Made by a program: the position numbers and the translations under genes | In this document: in pieces, positions 1-8,557 of the stretch | How positions within the stretch are numbered: the first letter of the stretch is position 1 | How the letters are laid out: the number at the start of each line of letters is the position of its first letter | Notes under the pieces: generated by a model | Database searches by the model: none | What the model was told of the DNA's origin: nothing | Seen by the model: the letters and a program-made list of their open reading frames with translations, nothing else | Assembly: GCA_964608645.1 (NCBI GenBank) | Contig: CAZSQK010000092.1 | Span: 1 to 33,553 of the forward strand | Source: an uncultured Solibacteraceae bacterium | Lineage (GTDB): Bacteria > Acidobacteriota > Terriglobia > Bryobacterales > Bryobacteraceae | Direction: 5' to 3' | DNA length: 33,553 bases

Positions 1-72
1 AAACTTCCCCAAATTGCAAAATTTCGTTCCGGATCAACTATAAGGGATATCAAGGACGAAGCCCTTGGCTGG

Positions 73-1452
73 TTAGCCCTGCGGATCGCGCACAGGAGCG
101 AGGTTCGGGTCGCTCGTGCTCGAAAACCAATCGAACAGGACGCCTTCCATTTCGGCGCGCGCGGATGCGTGCTTCGCATCGTCCCAGAGGTTGTACAGTT
201 CGTGCGGGTCCTCTGTCAGGTGATATAACTCGCCGAATTTGGCTTTCGAGTAGTGCACCAGTTTCCACTCCCGCGTGCGCGCCATCTTGATCGTCGGGAA
301 CTCGGAAAACACCGCCGCCTTCCGTTTCGTGTTGGCCACCAGGGACTGGCCCTGCGCCGCCGGCGGCGTGGCCACGCCCAATAACTCGAGCAGCGTAGGC
401 ATCACGTCGACCTCTTCGACCAGTTCGGAACGGACCGCTCCAGCCGGCAGCTTGCCCGGGGCGCGGACGATCAGGGGCGTCCGCACGACGCCGTCGTACA
501 TGTACGAGCCCTTGAACAAAAGACCGTGATCGCCGAGCATCTCCCCGTGGTCGGCATTGAACACCACCACGGTGCGGCTGTCGAGGCCCGACGCCTTCAA
601 CTCGTCGAGAATCGTTCCGATGTATTTGTCGTTCTCGCTGATCATGCCGTAGTAGTACGCCTTGACGCGATCGAGGTCGGCGGCGGTCATCGTTCGCAGG
701 TCGAAGCCGACGCTGTTTTCGATCGCGGCCCTCTGCTGCGGCGGCTTGTTGGCCATCTCGCCCGCGCGCGCGGGCGACTCCGGAAATTTCGCGCCGAGAT
801 ACATCCGGTCGTACGGCGCCGGCGGATTGAACGGATGGTGCGGACGGCGAAAATTCACGTGCAGGAAAAAGGGGTTGGCGCGGTTGGCCTTGAGAAAATC
901 GCGCGCGTGCGAAGCGAAGAACGCCGTCTCGTCGAGGTCGTCCGTCCAGGGCACGGGCGCCGCCTGGAACGGCCCTTCCGCCGGCGGGAATTTCAGGTTG
1001 TGGGAAGCGAGGAATCGGTCATACTCCGGATTGCTCGCCAGGACCTTCTGGAAGCCGCCCGTATACGCCCGCGGCGCGAACGGCATTTCTCCCACGCAAG
1101 CAGTCCGGTAACCCTGAGCATTCAGTGTTTTCGCCAGGGTCTGCTCGGAATCGGGCAGGACATACGAATTGGTGGGCACGCGGTGGACGTGAGGGTAACG
1201 GCCCGTGTGCAAACTGACCCGCGACGGCACACACTGCGGCGCGTGCACAAAATGGTTATCGAAACGCACGCCCTGCGCGGCCAGCCGGTCGGTGTTCGGC
1301 GTTTGCACCACCGGATTGCCGTAACAGCCGAGGCAGTCCGCGCGGTGCTGATCGTTGGTGATGATCAACAGGTTCCACTTGGGATCGGGCGTGGGCGCGG
1401 CCGCCGCCAAACCGGCCGCGGACGCCCCGAGAAATTGGCGTCGTGTCGTCAT
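73..1452 (-). CDS. Sulfatase (arylsulfatase/formylglycine-dependent sulfatase family), Tat/Sec-exported
   Basis: 459-aa ORF. Twin-arginine-like N-terminus (MTTRRQFLGASAAGLAAAA). Sulfatase signature C-x-P-x-R in HAPQCVPSRVSLHTGRYP (the Cys that becomes formylglycine). Conserved N-terminal LIITNDQHRAD metal-binding region. Its start codon overlaps the stop of the upstream TonB receptor by 1 nt (TGATG). Confidence 0.85.
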   Translation of the reverse strand: MTTRRQFLGASAAGLAAAAPTPDPKWNLLIITNDQHRADCLGCYGNPVVQTPNTDRLAAQGVRFDNHFVHAPQCVPSRVSLHTGRYPHVHRVPTNSYVLPDSEQTLAKTLNAQGYRTACVGEMPFAPRAYTGGFQKVLASNPEYDRFLASHNLKFPPAEGPFQAAPVPWTDDLDETAFFASHARDFLKANRANPFFLHVNFRRPHHPFNPPAPYDRMYLGAKFPESPARAGEMANKPPQQRAAIENSVGFDLRTMTAADLDRVKAYYYGMISENDKYIGTILDELKASGLDSRTVVVFNADHGEMLGDHGLLFKGSYMYDGVVRTPLIVRAPGKLPAGAVRSELVEEVDVMPTLLELLGVATPPAAQGQSLVANTKRKAAVFSEFPTIKMARTREWKLVHYSKAKFGELYHLTEDPHELYNLWDDAKHASARAEMEGVLFDWFSSTSDPNLAPVRDPQG

Positions 1453-4400
1453 CAGAAAGCGAACCTCGCGGCAAATTGCGCCTCACGCATCGGCCGCAGG
1501 ACGCTCGTAATCGTCGCGACCGTGTTGGTGTTGGAGATGTTCAGTTGCGGATTGGCGTAATTGGGGTGGTTGAGCAGGTTGAAGATCTCCACCCGGAACG
1601 TCAGCGTCCGCCGCTCGCTGCCGAGCGCGATGGACTTCGCCAGGTTGGCGTCCATATAATTCGTGCCGGGACCGAGGATCGTATTGCGTCCGGCGTTGCC
1701 ATAGCGAGCCAGACCCGTCACCGGATCGGTCGCCGGGACGATGGCGAATGCCCCCGGATTAAACCACTGCTGCGGCGTCCGCTGGCCGCGGGGCAGGTTG
1801 GGACTGATCCCCGCGACGACATCCGGGCGGCTGTTGCTGAGACCGCCGGAACTGGTGAAGCTCGGCGTCAGATAACGGCCGGTGGCGAAGTGCCAGATTC
1901 CGCCGAGCTTCCAGCCGCCGGCAACCGTCTCCAGCGCGCGCGGCAGGTGGTTGAGAAATGGCTGATGCCGCCCGATGGGAAGGTCATACGTCCCGTTGAG
2001 GTTCACGCTGTGACGGCGCACGTAATCGCTGTTGGCCCGGTCGCGTCCAAGGTTCTGCACGTCGATGAGAGCGGATTGCACGTTCTGGCCGACGTCGTCG
2101 ATACCCTTCGCCCAGGCCCAATTGCCCTGGAAGGTCACGTGCCGATAGAACCGGTGGCGGATCTCCATGTTCATTGCATTGTAGATGGAGTCGCCATTGC
2201 TCATACGAAAGTTGATGGTGCTCGTGCCATACGAGGCCGAGTAGCCGCGCACAATGGCATGCGTCACCGGATCGATATAGGCGCCGTTCGCGTTCAGGGA
2301 GCGGAACAAGTGGGTGCCCTTGTTGCCAATGTACGAAAGGGTGAGGCTGGTGTTCCAGCCAAGCTCGCGGTCGATGGTCAGGTTCCACTGCTGGTTGTTC
2401 GGCAGAGCGAAATTCCGCTGGATGCCGGCGGGCGAAACGCTGGCGCTGCCGGCGGCGCTGTAGGGCGCGTTGAGAGTGAGCGCCGGGACGCCGTTGGCGA
2501 TTGCCTGCGAATAGCTGAACGTGCCGGCAAACGGCGGATTTACAGCCACAGTCTGCAACAGATACTGAATCGGGTAGCGTGAGTAGAAGATCCCGTAGCC
2601 GCCGCGCACCACGGTTTTCCCGGCCGCGTGCCATGCGAAGCCGAAACGCGGGCCCCAATTGTTCGTCTGCGTCTCCAGAAGCCGGCGCGGATTGAAGCCC
2701 GCCTGGACATCGCTCATCAACGGGAATTTCCAGTTGCCATTGGCGTCGGTCAGTTTCGCGACCACCGCGGGCAGGTAGCTGGCCACCGGCAGCCTTCCAT
2801 TGTCGCTCGCGACCACGATGCCGCCCGTCGCGATATCGAACATCGCGAGCCGGTTGCGGTCCTCGTATGGATTCAGGAACAGCTCGTGGCGTAAACCCAT
2901 GCTGATAGTCAGGCTCGGCGCAATCCGCCAGTCGTCTTGCACAAAGGACGCCATCTCCGTCTGCTTGAGAAGGATCTTCGGCTTGACCGGCACTTGCTGG
3001 GTCGACGAGGGAACGCCGATCAGAAAATCGGCGAAGGCGTACCCGGTCGAATTGGCCGACGTGGCAGACCCGGAAAATGAGATCTGCCCTCCGGCATTGC
3101 TCTGCTGGAGCGCATTATAGTCGTCGCGGTGCAACTCGTACCCGAATTTGAGGGTGTGTCTGCCCGCCATGCGCGAGACCGTCTCGGAGACCGTGTAAAT
3201 GTTCTGGATCATGGAGAGCGCCGCCTCTCCGAAGCTCGCGGTGTCTCCGAACTTGATGTTGGTGGGCGCGCCCGTGCCGGAGAACGAGATTTGCGGCAAC
3301 AGTGGGATGGCCGGATTGTCCGACGTGAAGCCCTGCATACCGAGCGACGACGCTGTCGGCAATCCCCCAGTAGTGTAGCTGGTCACGTCGCTGAACTTCA
3401 TGGCCCCGAGCTTCAGTTCGCTAACCGTCTTGGGAGTGATCACCGCCGTCCAGGATGCGGTCCCGTTCTGGTTATCGAACGGCTCCTCGCGGCCGGCGCC
3501 GGGAGAGCCGAGCAGGTTCGGGATAAAGCCGCCCGTGTGCGACTGCGTATACCGCAGCCCGACATTCTGATTGCGCGGCAGCGCCTGATCGGCGCGAATG
3601 GTGTATTGGTTGGCGCTGGTGTCGCGGTCGATGTTCGTGACCTGGTTGTTCCCGATGCCCGGCTGCGTCGGGCTGCCGTAGAAGGGCTGGAGCGCGAGGG
3701 CCGTCTTGCTGATGCGGGCGCCGCCGAGGTATTGGTCGACGCGGTTGCCGGGAATATTGGGCCGGCCGCTGATCAGCGGGTCGCGGAGCTGGATCGCTGC
3801 CTGGCCCGGAGTGGCAGTGAGCAGCGCCGAGAAGTCGCCTTTCCACATCGCGTCCAGGGGGACGGCGCTGAAACGCGTCTGCTGCTGGTACTGGCGGTTG
3901 CCCTCGTAATTGAAAAAGAAGAAGCTCCGGTTGCGCCCATCGTAATGTGGCAGGAGCGCCGGTCCCCCCACCGAGCCCCCAAACTGATTGCGTAGAAACG
4001 ACGCGGCGCTGGTGGTGTTGAACGGATCGCGCGCTTCGAACTGCGTGCCGCGGTAATACTCGAACAGGTTGCCGTGGAAGCGGTTCGTGCCGCTCTGCGT
4101 CACCACCGTCACCTGCGAGCCGCCTTGGCCGAACTCGGCCGGCGCCACACCCGAGTACACCTTGAACTCGCGGATGACGTCGATCGAGAGGGGCACGGCC
4201 GACGTGCCCTGGAAGGAGTTCGTATTGGGGGTCCCATCCACCAGGTACGAGTTCCCGTACGTGCGATTGCCGTTCAGCGCGACCGACCCGAAATCGTTAT
4301 TGCCGCCCGTATTGTTATCGACAGAGCCCGCCGACAGCAGCACCAGCTGGTTGAAATCGCGTCCGTTCAACGGGAGCTCCTCGATCTGCTGGCGCACCAC

Positions 4401-4796
4401 GGTTGCGGCGATGGCCGGCGAGTCGGTCTGGATTTCCGCGGCTTCGGCCTCCACGGCGACGCTCGTGGTGACCGCGCCCACCTGGAGCTGGATGTTCCGG
4501 GTGACGGACTCGGAGACATCGATTTTCAGGTTGGCGATGGTAAAGGCGCTGAAGCCGTCTTTGCGGGCGGTGATCGAATAGGAGCCCGGCGGCAGCGGGT
4601 AGAGGACAAAGCGGCCTTCGCCATTGGTGGTCTCGATGACCTTCTGCCCCGTTTCCGCGTTGAGAGCGGTGATTTGAACGTTCGGAATCGAAGCGCCGGA
4701 GGGATCGGTGATGGCGCCGGAAAAACGTCCGGCCGTGCTTTGCGCGAAAACCGTGGCGGCCGCGCAACAGATCACGAGGATGGTGCGGGAAGACAT
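1452..4796 (-). CDS. TonB-dependent outer-membrane receptor, acidobacterial type with N-terminal carboxypeptidase-regulatory-like (Cna-B/CarboxypepD_reg) domain
   Basis: 1114 aa. Signal peptide (MSSRTILVICCAAATVFAQS) followed by a beta-sandwich motif (GAITDPSGASIPNVQITALNAETGQ ... GRFVLYPLPPGSYSITARKDGF). Plug-like region with NGRDFNQLVLLSAG. Long beta-rich body. C-terminal aromatic residue (…ARFAF). Confidence 0.85.
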   Translation of the reverse strand: MSSRTILVICCAAATVFAQSTAGRFSGAITDPSGASIPNVQITALNAETGQKVIETTNGEGRFVLYPLPPGSYSITARKDGFSAFTIANLKIDVSESVTRNIQLQVGAVTTSVAVEAEAAEIQTDSPAIAATVVRQQIEELPLNGRDFNQLVLLSAGSVDNNTGGNNDFGSVALNGNRTYGNSYLVDGTPNTNSFQGTSAVPLSIDVIREFKVYSGVAPAEFGQGGSQVTVVTQSGTNRFHGNLFEYYRGTQFEARDPFNTTSAASFLRNQFGGSVGGPALLPHYDGRNRSFFFFNYEGNRQYQQQTRFSAVPLDAMWKGDFSALLTATPGQAAIQLRDPLISGRPNIPGNRVDQYLGGARISKTALALQPFYGSPTQPGIGNNQVTNIDRDTSANQYTIRADQALPRNQNVGLRYTQSHTGGFIPNLLGSPGAGREEPFDNQNGTASWTAVITPKTVSELKLGAMKFSDVTSYTTGGLPTASSLGMQGFTSDNPAIPLLPQISFSGTGAPTNIKFGDTASFGEAALSMIQNIYTVSETVSRMAGRHTLKFGYELHRDDYNALQQSNAGGQISFSGSATSANSTGYAFADFLIGVPSSTQQVPVKPKILLKQTEMASFVQDDWRIAPSLTISMGLRHELFLNPYEDRNRLAMFDIATGGIVVASDNGRLPVASYLPAVVAKLTDANGNWKFPLMSDVQAGFNPRRLLETQTNNWGPRFGFAWHAAGKTVVRGGYGIFYSRYPIQYLLQTVAVNPPFAGTFSYSQAIANGVPALTLNAPYSAAGSASVSPAGIQRNFALPNNQQWNLTIDRELGWNTSLTLSYIGNKGTHLFRSLNANGAYIDPVTHAIVRGYSASYGTSTINFRMSNGDSIYNAMNMEIRHRFYRHVTFQGNWAWAKGIDDVGQNVQSALIDVQNLGRDRANSDYVRRHSVNLNGTYDLPIGRHQPFLNHLPRALETVAGGWKLGGIWHFATGRYLTPSFTSSGGLSNSRPDVVAGISPNLPRGQRTPQQWFNPGAFAIVPATDPVTGLARYGNAGRNTILGPGTNYMDANLAKSIALGSERRTLTFRVEIFNLLNHPNYANPQLNISNTNTVATITSVLRPMREAQFAARFAF

Positions 4797-5022
4797 TTCA
4801 CAGATTACCGTAGCAGAACGCGGTTAGCGTGGCGTTACAGGAGGGCGCCTCCTGGGTTACAGCCGCCCGATTACGAGGACGGGGTATTACTGAATCACGA
4901 CTGTCACTCAGCCGGATAGCCGCCGACGGTCACCAAGGTCAGTTCGCGCCCGCGATGACAGTTGTCGTTACCCAAAACGGCGCCCTGGACGGAGCACGAA
5001 GCTTCCGTCTAAGCTGATCCTA

Positions 5023-7581
5023 ATGCCCAACGTTCTCCTGCTCCTGGTGCTCGCCCCTTTGGCCGCGGCCGCCGTCCCGTCGCCCGGGGCCGGAATTCCC
5101 GAGCCGCTGGCGGCCGAACGCGCCGCCTCCATCCGCGGACTGCGCTACGAGCTCTCGTTCCGCATCCCCGAATCCAAGGCGGAGCCGCTGCGCGGAACCG
5201 AGGTCATCCGGTTCGAACTGCGCGCTCCCCGGCAGGTGACGCTCGATTTCGAACAGAAGCGGGAGCGCATCCTGTCGGTCCGTGCAGGGGAAAAGCCGGT
5301 GGCCTTCGATTTCGCCGACGGGCATATTCTGATTCCCGCCGCGGCCACGAAAGCGGGCGAGAACACCATCCGCGTCGAGTTTCTGGCCGGCGACGAATCG
5401 CTGAACCGCAACGACGAGTTCCTGTACACGCTGTTCGTGCCGGCGCGCGCGCATTACGCGTTTCCCTGCTTCGATCAGCCCGGCCTGAAGGCTCGATTTT
5501 CGCTGACGCTCGATGTTCCGGCCGCTTGGAAGGTGGCGGCAAACGGGGCGGAAATCGGACGGGAAACGGCGAACGGCCGCGCCGTGGCGCGGTTCGCCGA
5601 AACGCAGCCTCTGCCGACCTACCTGTTCGCGTTCGCGGCGGGCAACTTCCAGGTGGAGACGGCCGAGCGCAACGGCCGCACCCTGCGCATGTTCCATCGC
5701 GAAACGGACGCCGCCAAGGTGGCGCGCAATCGCGACGCCATTTTCGACCTCCACGCGCGCGCCCTCGCCTGGCTGGAGGAGTACACCGCCATTCCATACC
5801 CGTGGGGCAAATTCGATTTTGTGCTGATCCCGTCTTTTCAATTCGGCGGCATGGAACACGCCGGCGCCATCCTCTACAACACCTCCAGCCTGATGCTCGA
5901 CCCTTCGGCGACGCAGAGCCAGATGTTGGGACGCGCCAGCGTCATCGCGCACGAAACCGCCCATATGTGGTTCGGCGACCTGGTGACCATGCGGTGGTTC
6001 AACGACGTCTGGATGAAGGAAGTCCTGGCCAACTTCATGGCGGCGAAGATCGTGAATCCGAGTTTCCCGGAGATCAATCACGAGCTGCGCTTTCTGCTGG
6101 CGCACTACCCCGCCGCGTACGAGGTGGACCGCACCGCCGGATCGAATCCCATCCGGCAGGACTTGAAGAACCTGGACGAAGCGGGGTCGCTTTACGGCCC
6201 GATCATTTACGACAAGGCCCCGATCGTCATGCGCCAACTGGAGACGATCGTCGGCGAAGGAGGCTTCCGCGACGGCATGCGCGAGTACCTGCGGCAATAC
6301 AAATTCGGCAACGCGACCTGGCTCGATCTTGTCAGGATTCTCGAGGCGCGCAACCCGGGGCAGGTGGCGAAGTGGAGCCGGGCATGGGTGGAACTGCGCG
6401 GCCGGCCGGAAATCGCCACCACGGTGCGGATCGGCGCCGATGGGAAAGTCGCGAGCCTGGCGCTCAGCCAGCACGATCCGCTGGGACGCAACCTCCTATG
6501 GCCGCAGCGCCTGCAAGTCACGGCCGGGTTCCCCGGCAGAATCGAACAGTACCGGGTCGACCTGAATGGGGGCGCCGCGGAAGTCGCGCAGGCGCGCGGC
6601 CTGGCCGCGCCGCTCTATGTGATTCCGAACGGCGGCGGTCTCGGATATGGGTTCTTTCAACTGGACCCCGCGACCACGCGTTACCTGCTCGATCACATGG
6701 AAGAGATCGCCGACCCGCTGACGCGCGGCAGCGCCTGGGTGGACCTGTGGGAGAACATGCTGGCGGACCGGGTGAAGCCCGCGGAATTGTTGGATCTGGC
6801 GGCCCGCGCCCTGCCACGCGAAACCGATGAGCAGAACACGCAGCGGATCCTGTCGTACGTCACGCGGGCCTTCTGGCACGAGATTCCCGCGCCGGAGCGC
6901 ACGGAGCGCTCGCCGGCGCTCGAAGCGCTGCTGCGCGGCGGTCTGGGACGGGCGCGCACGGCAAGTCAGAAGTCGGCCTGGTTCAACGCATTTCGCGATG
7001 TAGTCTTGACCTCCGCGGGTTTGGCATGGCTCGAGCGCGTCTGGCGGCGCGAGGAGACGATTCCGGGGCTCACCTTCGCGGAGCCCGACGAGATCGACAT
7101 GGCGCTGCAGTTCGCCGTGCGAGAGGCCCCAGGATGGCGGCAGATCCTGGAAGCGCAGCGCGACCGCACGAGGAATCCCGATCGCAAGGCGCGATTCGAA
7201 TTCGTGATGCCGGCGCTGTCGGCCGATCCGGCCGTGCGGGAGCAGTCGTTCGAGCGCTTCCGCGACGTTCGCAACCGCAGCCATGAGCCCTGGGTCCTGG
7301 AGGCGGAGCGTTTCCTGAATCATCCGCTTCGGGAAGCGCATGCGCGGCGTTTCGTGCGTCCGGCGCTGGAGTTGCTGCCCGAGATTCGGAAGACCGGCGA
7401 CATCTTCTTCCCCAAGCGATGGATGGATGCGACGCTGAGCGGCCACCGGTCGCCGGAAGTGGCGGCGGAAGTTCGACAGTACCTGGCGGCTCATCCGGAA
7501 CTGCCGGAGAGGCTCCGCTGGGTGGTGCTGAATGCCGCCGACGATCTGTTCCGGGCCGCGGAACGGGCGAAGAAGCGTTAG
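5023..7581 (+). CDS. Secreted M1-family zinc aminopeptidase (aminopeptidase N-like)
   Basis: 852 aa. Signal peptide (MPNVLLLLVLAPLAAAAVPSP). Exopeptidase motif GGMEHAG. Zinc site HETAHMWFGDLVTMRWFNDVWMKE (HExxH-x18-E). Size and C-terminal helical region are typical of M1 peptidases. Confidence 0.9.
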   Translation: MPNVLLLLVLAPLAAAAVPSPGAGIPEPLAAERAASIRGLRYELSFRIPESKAEPLRGTEVIRFELRAPRQVTLDFEQKRERILSVRAGEKPVAFDFADGHILIPAAATKAGENTIRVEFLAGDESLNRNDEFLYTLFVPARAHYAFPCFDQPGLKARFSLTLDVPAAWKVAANGAEIGRETANGRAVARFAETQPLPTYLFAFAAGNFQVETAERNGRTLRMFHRETDAAKVARNRDAIFDLHARALAWLEEYTAIPYPWGKFDFVLIPSFQFGGMEHAGAILYNTSSLMLDPSATQSQMLGRASVIAHETAHMWFGDLVTMRWFNDVWMKEVLANFMAAKIVNPSFPEINHELRFLLAHYPAAYEVDRTAGSNPIRQDLKNLDEAGSLYGPIIYDKAPIVMRQLETIVGEGGFRDGMREYLRQYKFGNATWLDLVRILEARNPGQVAKWSRAWVELRGRPEIATTVRIGADGKVASLALSQHDPLGRNLLWPQRLQVTAGFPGRIEQYRVDLNGGAAEVAQARGLAAPLYVIPNGGGLGYGFFQLDPATTRYLLDHMEEIADPLTRGSAWVDLWENMLADRVKPAELLDLAARALPRETDEQNTQRILSYVTRAFWHEIPAPERTERSPALEALLRGGLGRARTASQKSAWFNAFRDVVLTSAGLAWLERVWRREETIPGLTFAEPDEIDMALQFAVREAPGWRQILEAQRDRTRNPDRKARFEFVMPALSADPAVREQSFERFRDVRNRSHEPWVLEAERFLNHPLREAHARRFVRPALELLPEIRKTGDIFFPKRWMDATLSGHRSPEVAAEVRQYLAAHPELPERLRWVVLNAADDLFRAAERAKKR

Positions 7582-7631
7582 TCGTGGGTTTGTGATACGC
7601 TGACAGACCGATCAGTGCAGAGAGGTGGCTT

Positions 7632-8531
7632 GTGAAAACCAGTCGAAATCGCATCGAAATGGCCTTCCTGTCGGGGGCTTGCCTTCTGCTATTAGCGGCT
7701 TTGCAGCCAAATGCGGCGGCGCAAGCTCCGGGAGGGCGCGGCGTGGCGGGCCCTCCTCGGGTGCAGGGGCAGAACGCGAACGGCATGCGCATATATATCT
7801 GGGCAGGGCTCAAGTCGCATGGCGCCGGTCAGCACGACTACCCGCAGTTTCTTGCCGACTGGAGCAAAGTCTTGACGGAGCACGGCGCCGTCGTCAGTGG
7901 AGCGTTGCATTCTCCCACTAGCGCCGACCTTGAGCATGTCGACGTGGTCGTCATTTACAAGGGCGACGCCGCCTACTTGAGCGATAGCGACAAAGCCAAC
8001 CTCGAAGCGTTTGTCAAGCGCGGCGGCGGACTCGTCAGTTTCCACGATTCCTTGTGCGGCCCGGATCCCGCTTATTTTGCGGGACTGGTCGGCGGCGGCA
8101 AGAAACACGGCGAGGTGAACTACACGCTGGACGCTCCGATCCATTACAAAGTCGTGGACAAGGAGAACCCCATCGTGCAGGACCTGACCGACGTCACCCT
8201 CTTCGATGAAGCCTTCTATGGAATGACGTGGGCGAAGGATCCCGGCATCCACGTTCTGGCGACCGCGGCGATGCCACCCACGCGCAGCGCCGGCGAACAC
8301 AAAGGCGAGGTCGTGCCGCAACTCTGGACTTACGAGCACACCCTGGCCGGCGGCCAGCCGGCTCGGGCATTTGTCTGGATGCAAGGACATACCTACGCCA
8401 ATTTCGCCAATTATCAGGTGGAGCGGACGCTCCTCCGGGGAATCGCCTGGGCCGGCAAGAAGCCGGTTGACGAGTTGGTGAACTACGTGGCGCCCGCGCC
8501 TCCCGTTCGCCGGACGGCGCCCGGCCAATAA
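7632..8531 (+). CDS. ThuA-like (trehalose-utilisation family, class-I glutamine-amidotransferase-like fold) secreted protein
   Basis: 299 aa. GTG start preceded by GAGAGGTGG. Signal peptide. Motifs RGGGLVSFHDS and ARAFVWMQGHTYANF resemble the ThuA family GxGxxGxH and GKGRVF..GH blocks as I recall them. Family assignment from memory only. Confidence 0.55.
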   Translation: MKTSRNRIEMAFLSGACLLLLAALQPNAAAQAPGGRGVAGPPRVQGQNANGMRIYIWAGLKSHGAGQHDYPQFLADWSKVLTEHGAVVSGALHSPTSADLEHVDVVVIYKGDAAYLSDSDKANLEAFVKRGGGLVSFHDSLCGPDPAYFAGLVGGGKKHGEVNYTLDAPIHYKVVDKENPIVQDLTDVTLFDEAFYGMTWAKDPGIHVLATAAMPPTRSAGEHKGEVVPQLWTYEHTLAGGQPARAFVWMQGHTYANFANYQVERTLLRGIAWAGKKPVDELVNYVAPAPPVRRTAPGQ

Positions 8532-8557
8532 TCCGATTAAGCGCCCCGGCCTTGCCG

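Noticed and set aside
526-1560. Long plus-strand ORFs (526..1560, 662..1111, 1443..2582, 3129..3995, 4074..4919) overlapping the sulfatase and TonB receptor genes
   Set aside because: They are antisense to well-supported genes. Translations are Arg/Ala/Gly-rich with no motifs, which is typical of high-GC antisense frames.
4838-4854. Hairpin CAGGAGG-GCG(C)-CCTCCTG upstream of the first TonB receptor
   Set aside because: Read from the plus strand it has no U-tract, and on the minus strand it lies in the 5' leader ~45 nt before the ATG. It is not a terminator; at most a minor leader structure.
5020-7813. ORFs 5020..6474(-), 5204..5797(-), 5526..6830(+), 6496..7494(-), 7070..7813(-) overlapping the M1 peptidase
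   Set aside because: Alternative-frame or antisense ORFs inside a gene with unambiguous HExxH/GxMEN motifs. Their composition is Arg/Pro/Gly-heavy.
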